Below the pieces are notes generated by a model. It was given only the letters and a program-made list of their open reading frames with translations, did no database searches and was not told the origin of the DNA. Shown piece by piece: positions 62,188-64,000 of a stretch of 64,000 nucleotides of DNA. The first letter of the stretch is position 1, and every line of letters starts with the position of its first letter. This DNA is from Leucoraja ocellata. Lineage: Eukaryota. Where the stretch lies: NCBI GenBank assembly GCA_036785375.1, contig JAWMAR010000219.1, forward strand, positions 930,001 through 994,000. Reading direction: 5' to 3'. The translations under genes and the position numbers were made by a program.

Positions 62188-64000
62188 ATATAGAAACATA
62201 GACATAGAACCATAGAAAATAGGTGCAGGAGGAGGCCATTCATTGTGATCATGGCTGATCGTCCCCAATCAATAACCCGTGCCTGCCTTCTCCCCATATC
62301 CCTTGACTCCTCTAGCCCCTAGAGCTCTATATAACCCTCTCTTAAATCCATCCAGTGACTTGGCCTCCACTGCCCTCTGTGGCAGGGAATTCCATAAATT
62401 CACAACTCTCTGGGTGAAAAGTTTTTCTCTCACCTCAGTCTTAAATGACCTCCCCTTTATTCTAAGACTGTGGCCCCTGGTTCTGGACTCGCCCACAATT
62501 GGGAACATTTTTCCTGCATCTAGCTTGTCCAGTCCTTTTATAATTTTATATGTTTCTATAAGATCCCCCTCATCCGTCTAAACTCCAGTGAATACAAGCC
62601 TAGACTTTTCTATCTTTCCTCATATGGCAGTCTCGCCATCCCAGGGATCAATCTCGTGAACCTACGCTGCACTGCCTCAATCACAAGGATGTCCTTCCTC
62701 AAATTAGGAGACCAAAACTGTACACAATACTCCAGATGTGGTCTCACCAGAGCCCTATACAACTGCAGAAGAACCTCTTTACCCCTATACTGAAATCCTC
62801 TTGTTATGAAGGCCAACATTCCATTAGCTTTCTTCACTGCCTGCTGTACCTGTAAGCCAACTTTCAGTGACCGGTGTACAAGGCCGCCAAGGTCTCGCTG
62901 CACCTCCCCCTTACCCAACCTAACCCCATTGAGATAATAATCTGCCCCCTTGTTTTTTCCGCCAAAGTGGGTAACCTCACATTTATCTATATTATACTGC
63001 ATCTGCCACGCATCCGCCCATTCACTCAACCTGTCCAGTTCACCCTGCAACCTCCTAACATCCTCTTCACAGTTGACACTGCCACCCAGCTTTGTGTCAT
63101 CCGCATACTTGCTAGTGATGCTCCTAATTCCCTCTTCCAAATCATTAATATATATGGTAAACAGTTGCGGCCCTGCCTTCAAGGGACCAACATTTGACTT
63201 TGCTACTCTTTTTCCCTTAACATATCTAAAGAAGCTTTTACTGTCCTTCTTTATATTCCTGGCCAGCTTCCCTTCGTACTTCATCTTTTCAGCCCGTATT
63301 GTTTCCTTCTGTCGTCCTATGAAAGTTTCCCAATTCTCTGGCTTCTGGCTACTCTTTGCTGTGTTATACATCTTTTCTTTTAGTTTTATTCCATCCCTAA
63401 CTTCTCTTGTCAGCCACGGTTGCCTCCTACTCCCCTTAGAACCTTTCTTCCTTTTTGGAATGAAATGATCCTGCGTCTTCCGGATTATGCCGATAAATTC
63501 CAGCCTTTGCTGTTCCACCGTCATTCCTGCAAGGATCCCTATCCAGTCTACCTTGACCAGCTCCCCTCTCATGCCTTCATTGTCCCCTTTGTTCAACTGC
63601 ATCACTGACACTTCCGATTTAACGTTCTCCTTCTCAAATTGCAGATTGAAACTAATCATATTATGATCACTACCTCCAAGCGGTTCCTTTACCTCGAGTT
63701 CCCTTATCATTTCTGGTTCATTGGACAACAGTAAATCTAGAATTGCGTTTTCTCTGGTCAGCTCCATTACAAGCTGCTCTAAGAATCTATCTTGGAGGCA
63801 TTCTACAAACTCTCTTTCTTGGGGTCCTGAACCAACCTGATTTTCCCAGTCTAACTGCATATTGAAACCCCCCATCACCACAGTGGCATTATCTTTGTTA
63901 CATGCCAGTTTTAACTCCTGCTGCAACTTACACCCTATATCCGGGCTACTATTTGGGGGTCTGTAGATAACACCAATTAGTGTCTTCTTGCCTTTACAAT
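62188..64000 (-). mobile_element. CR1 LINE (endonuclease end, tether, deleted RT, 3' tail), running off the window
   Basis: VVMGGFN, ILDLLLSN, LGGSDHNMI (APE endonuclease), KSFFRYVK, KYADDTKL, RPHLEYCVQFWSP; (ATAGAAAC)-like tail at ~62190. Confidence 0.93.

Overview
Repeat-dense, non-coding vertebrate DNA. The repeat set (HE1-like V-SINEs, HER1/CR1 LINEs, Rex1, Penelope-derived repeats, DIRS) points to a cartilaginous fish, probably a skate or ray; this is an inference. I recognise no host protein-coding exon, rRNA, tRNA gene or CRISPR array, so it looks like a large intron or gene desert. Main contents: (1) a structurally complete but frameshifted DIRS1-type tyrosine-recombinase retrotransposon (6659-11433, minus) with short ITRs, an intact ICR and a methyltransferase-like domain; (2) a complete 2-kb non-autonomous Helitron (57689-59746) carrying a TATA+Inr+GC-box+ETS+YY1 promoter-like cassette with a splice donor, a nested Tx1 LINE and a 70-bp minisatellite; (3) more than 20 Penelope-derived short repeats, many with a minimal hammerhead-ribozyme core and many folded back into long hairpins; (4) Harbinger-type MITEs, young and old CR1, Rex1, L1, a hAT-like element and a candidate solo LTR; (5) several local fold-back or templated duplications at TE junctions. 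Boundaries of degraded repeats are approximate, read by eye.
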